In this document: piece after piece, positions 58,633-64,000 of the stretch | Numbering within the stretch: position 1 is the first letter of the stretch | How the letters are laid out: the number at the start of each line of letters is the position of its first letter | DNA from: Setoptus koraiensis | Taxonomy: Eukaryota; Animalia; Arthropoda | Assembly (NCBI GenBank): GCA_048013815.1 | Contig: CM106586.1 | Span: forward strand, 7,502,001-7,566,000 | Direction: 5' to 3' | Length of the DNA: 64,000 nt | Notes under the pieces: generated by a model | What the model was told of the DNA's origin: nothing | Database searches by the model: none | What the model saw: the letters and a program-made list of their open reading frames with translations, nothing else | Program-made: the position numbers and the translations under genes

Positions 58633-61600
58633 GAATAATGATGAGCGCATTCAATTACTGCAAACTCGCCCGAGCTGCCAACAGCCCGCGAGCTCGCCAG
58701 CTCGCCAATTCGCCAATTCGCCAACTTGCCAGCTCGCCGGCTCGAGTCGCCAGACGAGCTGCCATCGGCCGCGAGAGGGCTGGCGAGTGGGAAGCCATGT
58801 GGCCGGCGAGACTCGCTGCTAATTAAGACATGGCCAGCAGAAGGCATTAAATGCTGCGCGATGCCAACGATATGTGCAAGCGATAATTTGAAGCTGCAAA
58901 CTGATTTGTCGGCCGAGGCGCGCACCGGCCGACAAATGGCAGCGCCAGTCGCAGGCGACAAATTTGGCACTCGAGTCAACTTGCCGAGTGGTCGCGAAAT
59001 GGCCGCAAAGTCGTCGCACATTGATATTATCAATTCGATAATGTTACATAATAGTGTGACATTATCTGTCGGCGCTGCGTCGCAACGCTCCATTGCGCGC
59101 GCAAGCCTCACGCTGGCCTCGCTCTGGCGCAAACCCGATCGCCCATCAGATCAGATGGCAAGACGGTGTGGTTGCGCAACACGCCTCCAATCATTACAGT
59201 CTAATGAGCAATGAAACAATGACAATAATGATATTTCACACTGCCGATAGGTGCGCTCCGGCGACGTCAGGCCCGCGCCCATGTCCGATTATATAACGCG
59301 CCATCAGCTGCTCGGACCGTGGCGCACAATAGCGGCAGCGTCCCATTATGGTGCCATTATGGTGGCATCCCATTATGTGTGTTACATAACAGCGAGCATG
59401 TGATATATTAGCCAGTGATGGTAATGTTAACAAGCAAAATCACTTGTTAACATGCAGCGTTTGGCCATGATTTACAGCGTGACTTGCGCTTGCAAGGGCC
59501 AGGGGTCGTTGGCCGTGCGGCGCACATCTCATCTATCAGCGTCTTGTATCAGCGTCTTGTATCACTCGTCACCTTGTTACTCAGCGCCATTCAAATTGCC
59601 ACAAGTCGCCATTCGCAATGAGCGCCGGGCAACTCTTGTGCCGGACCGAGGGCTTTGTTTTCGGCTGCCCGCCGCAGATTTCGCCGAGACGCCCGCAAGC
59701 TCGCCGAGACGCTCGCAAGCCCGCCCAGCGCCCAGGGAGACGCCGAGAGATTTTCGGGAGATAAGCGCAAATTGACTTTGCGGGCAGCCGGCCGGCTGGC
59801 CAATTAAGCCGCCCGATGTGTTGTAAATAACGCGATTACGGGTGTGAAATGGCCGCTCGTCGGTCGGCTGTCGCCGGTCGGATATCGCTAGTCGGTCGGG
59901 CGTTGGTCGGCGTCTGGAGAGCGTGGCCTTGGGCCGGCCGTGCGCCGTCGGGCGAGAGTGGCGCTCTTGACGGGCGCATTCCGACTCGATCGGCCGGCCG
60001 GGTTTGCTCGCCACTGACCAGTGGCCAGGTATGGCCACAATGGCACATGCTACACGCATGATTATGTGATTATGTGTGCTGTATGGCGCGCGTCGTCACT
60101 CAAAACAATTTCACTAATCAATTTGGCATGCCAACTAGATTACCTGGCGGCCGCATTACCTGGCGGCCGCATTGGCTGGCAGCGGCCGGCGTTACGTCGG
60201 CATGGCCAGCGTCGACCACCGCGCCTGACGAGATGCGGCTCGCACGCCAGTTAGCTGCTAGTTGGCGCAAATACTGGTTATGGCACAAATAAACAAATGT
60301 TGCCTAGCCACAGGTGTAATTGGCGTGGCGAGGTAGCGATATTTTTATTTCTATTTTATTGCCATTAGCAGTGGCGCTTGCGACAGTCGTAAATAACTCT
60401 CGCTCTGGGAGATGGACGCGTCGATGGCCGGCCAACGAGATAAGATAACCTTTGCGCACACCATGCGAGACTAGTGTGACTGATAGGAATTTTCCTACGC
60501 TCGGGCATGACGATTATTCATCGCCGGCTCCCGCAATCAGCAGTCAGCGATCTCCCGGTCGCTCGCTGGCTCGCTCGCTCGCTGGGTCGGTCGGTCGCTG
60601 GCTCGCGGACCGGCCGCGGTCCGAGCATGCGAGCGGTCCGACCGTCCGAGCGGTCCGCCGCTGGCCAGGGCATCAGCGGGCCGCGCTCTGTAAGAGCGCA
60701 CAGTGCGCAATCAAGATGATATCACCTGACCCGTGAGAATGGGCCGACGGACGCTCGACGATCATGCGCCGGCAGCCAGGCCGCAAAGCCCGACGAGAGC
60801 CGCCGACTAATGACTCGGCCAGCTCACCTGAGCCGGGCCGGCCGGCTTGCGAGTTCTGTTCGGGGCACAACAATCGCCGGCCCACTGGCTCGCTGGTCGC
60901 AATGCGGCGAGTGCATGGGCCGACTGGCACGAATAAAAACAACGAATGGCACGAATGTGGACCAAGAAATTCTCGACAAGAATGCGAGCAACAAAAGAAG
61001 CAGCAAGAAGCGCTGAGAACTTGTCAGTGAGAAGCGCCGAGGAACGGCGAGAAACGGCTCGCGTGTTTGCTCACGTGCACCCGTGCGCCGGCCGATCGAC
61101 CGTTGGCGCGCCACTGGCCAGCACGCGCTACGTGCTGGCGGCCAGTTTAATTAGAGTAAATAATATGGCGCTAATTTGTTGTTTGTACAATTAGCCAGCT
61201 CAGCTAATAAATAAACTGCAACTGCAGTGTGTGACACGACGCACGGACACAAAAAACGCGAACGCAAGAAGCGGCCCGAGCACGGCCGCGTCTGGCCCGC
61301 GCGTATCGCAATGTGTCCAATGGCAAACATATTAACGGGACGCGCATTATCTGTTTGTTTGCCCGTTGTTTGCTCGCCGTTGTGTTTGCTGTTCGAAGCG
61401 CTCGTCGAAGCCGGTCGAAGCTGGTCGAAGCTCTCGCCGAAGCCGGTCGCTCTCGTCGGAGCGACCGGACCTTTCGGGGCCAACAGCGTTGCGGCGGTTG
61501 TCGTTGGCGCTGTCGTTGGCGCTGGCGTGTTTTGAGAAAAGTCAGCACAAACACAACTAGACAAACATCAAATTTTGCAGCACGCAGACGACACATCTTA

Positions 61601-64000
61601 TCTGTGAACATTACCAGAAATTGTATCACTGTTGGCGTATTTGCGCGTTTGTGAGCGCGCTGCCAGTTGCCGGTTGCCAGTTGCCAGTTGCCGGTTTGCG
61701 ACTCACAACTGGCGCCACTTGCCCGCGACGTGTTTGCTGAAGCGAAGCAAACACGAGTCAGCCAGGTATTTTCAACTTGTACGCTCTGACAAGTTGCCCG
61801 GCCGAGCTAGATACTGAATGGCGTGGCCGAGTCGACAAGCCAGCGCGGAGCTAGCAGAGCGGGGATAAACCGATAAGCGCAAAGATTGGGTAAGACGCGA
61901 CAGATCCGCCGAGCTGCCAGCTCGGCGGCCAGAGCCGAGACGAGAATGCGCCTGAACTTTCAATTGATTCTAAGCTGGATTTGAGTGAAAAAAAAAAGAC
62001 ATTTCCTATTGGCCATTACGCGCTCTCAGCCGGCAAGTTTAGTGGGCCTCGCCAGTCTGCTGGAGTGCTGCACAATACAACGCGATGCCAATTCTGGTCG
62101 CAAGTAGCGCTTCTCGCGAACTGCCAACTCAAACTCGTCCAACAACCAAACCCTCTAATGAATATCCCGACAACTCGGGGCCCGCGCTCGCCTTTCCGGC
62201 CCAAAATTTGGGCCAAAAAAGATCACGCATCATTTGCCAGGGTAACAATAAACGGGGCCCGCCGACGGCACAGGTGACATCATGTATGTTTAGTGCACAT
62301 TCACTATATATTAAGCACATTTACTAGATATTAAATGTTATAATATATGTTCATTATATCAAAACAAGCCTCGTCGGTCGGCTGCAAACGGACCGGCCGG
62401 CCACCCGGAGAGGCGTGTGTGTCGCGCCAGTGACGAAAGCGCGTCGAGTCGATCGCTGAACGCGCGCACTTAATTGTCGTATCAATTAACTGACACAGCC
62501 CAATTTGGCTCCGAATTTGGGCCGTATCAGAGTTAGCCGAAATTGTCGCGTCGGCGCGCCTCACACTTGTCAGAATCATCTGATCATTCGATGACAATTA
62601 GACAGGTACCTGGCGCGACAAAGAACGGGGGTGCAACCGGGGTCTGCGGGTCGGTCGGCCAGGGCCAGCCGAAACAAGGCTGCAAATGCAGCAGCCGGCA
62701 GCTTGACATTGTGATGCTGGCCAATTGTGCACGTCGGCCCGTTATCTGGGCCCATCAATCTAGTTGAATGGCTATTTGTTTGCGCAGACACACAATGCAG
62801 CAACATGTCAGACAACGGGCACAGCTGATTGATCATGATGGCCGTGATTTATTGTAATTAAGCACGTCGAATTATCACCTACACACACACACACACTGTC
62901 GGAATAGAGGTAGCAGAACGCAAACGAGATCGCGGTATCATCTGGGTCCAGGGTGAGCGCCAACACGGGCCGGCAACGTGATAATGATCATGATACAAAC
63001 CAATTGAACCAATTGCGGCATCACGACAACACAAACGCTTTGTTTGTTCGCCTGTTCCTCTGTTTTCTCTGCTCGCATGGATTAAGATTGATCGGTGCGG
63101 CCTGCCCGCGTTTTCAACGGTATTTCACCTTTTGCCTGCATTTGCCTGCATTTGCCTGCATTTACCTGTATTTACCTGTGTTTACCTGTGTTTGGCCGGA
63201 GTGTTGTAACGCAGCGCACTAGTTGGCGCGTTACAAAGGTGCTATCGGTCGCTTTCGGTCGCTATCGGGCCCGAATAGCACCATTGGTAGCGTCAAATAA
63301 TATTATTACATGTATTATAAAACTGTGGCGCTAAATGAGCGTGAGCGTGGGTGATTCTTTTATCTCATATCTTTTCTAAACACGCCAGCAGCGTGCTTTG
63401 TAATAATAGTGGCATGTAATAGCACGATAATAGTTCAATCTTGTTGCTGCTAGTTAAAATAGCTGTGAAACGGTTTAAACAAGTGCAACAACACATTGCA
63501 TCACCCGCGAACAAATTTATTTTTGTTGTGTATCATTATCGATTGGTGCTGGTGGCTTGATCGCCCGCGGCCACTGCCGCATGCACCCGACCGCTTTAGC
63601 TGTCTTGTGCATGAGTTCAACCGCAACACCAACACCACCACTGATCCGGGATACCGCGCGATGCTGCGGGATACTGCGGGATGCTGCGGGATACCGCGCG
63701 ATGCTGCGGGATATGCATACCGCTCGCGCGAACAACCGGACAAACTTGAACAAACAATGCACCGCTCGAGGCCAACTGCAAGCGCCCCCGACCGTCAGAG
63801 TGTGGCGATCGCATGGCGATCGTCAGAGTCCGATCATCGGAGTGTGATGCTCGCAAGCGGTCAGTCGCACGCGAGCCGTTGCCGCGCGCGCCTCCGCGAC
63901 CAATCGCGAAACATAACGGGCTATCTTTCGCCGACGACGTTGGCCCAACTTTTGTTGCTGCCTGGCGCTTGGCGAGCGGCCGAACGCAACTTGCGCCAGC

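Noticed and set aside
44400-64000. Remaining ORFs of 60-260 aa, and transposase/RT, tRNA or rRNA genes anywhere in the window
   Set aside because: No catalytic or structural motifs, tRNA arms or rRNA-like sequence recognised by eye; tRNAscan, Infernal and RepeatMasker would be needed to exclude them formally.

Overview
Eukaryotic genomic DNA from an arthropod, very probably a chelicerate/mite. This is an inference from a shortened-Dscam-type gene, a Dpr gene and intron-poor Q/N-rich genes. It is not prokaryotic, and I found no CRISPR array, rRNA or tRNA. A compact AT-rich island at about 14.1-20.3 kb holds four coding regions: (1) an intronless Q/N/H-rich protein with one C-terminal membrane helix (+); (2) an N-terminally truncated elongation factor 1-gamma (-); (3) NHP2 (+), head-to-head with EF1-gamma; (4) one 2.3-kb exon encoding the constant part of a shortened Dscam (Ig-FN3-FN3-FN3-TM-tail, -). 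Directly upstream on the same strand is a Dpr-family two-Ig gene. I assembled five of its exons by hand with consistent GT-AG phases (43871-43374, 25282-25233, 25032-24816, 24534-24223, 23975-22117), including an 18-kb intron; its signal-peptide exon is unresolved. No Dscam-type Ig7/Ig8 5' cassettes are visible in the 44 kb upstream of the Dscam exon. The Dpr Ig2 donor is phase-compatible with the Dscam acceptor, so a Dpr-sDscam chimeric receptor is possible (best candidate for a new system; untested). The rest (0-14 kb, 25-64 kb) looks like GC-rich intronic/intergenic DNA rich in short tandem duplications and perfect local inverted repeats. Most ORFs listed there look spurious.
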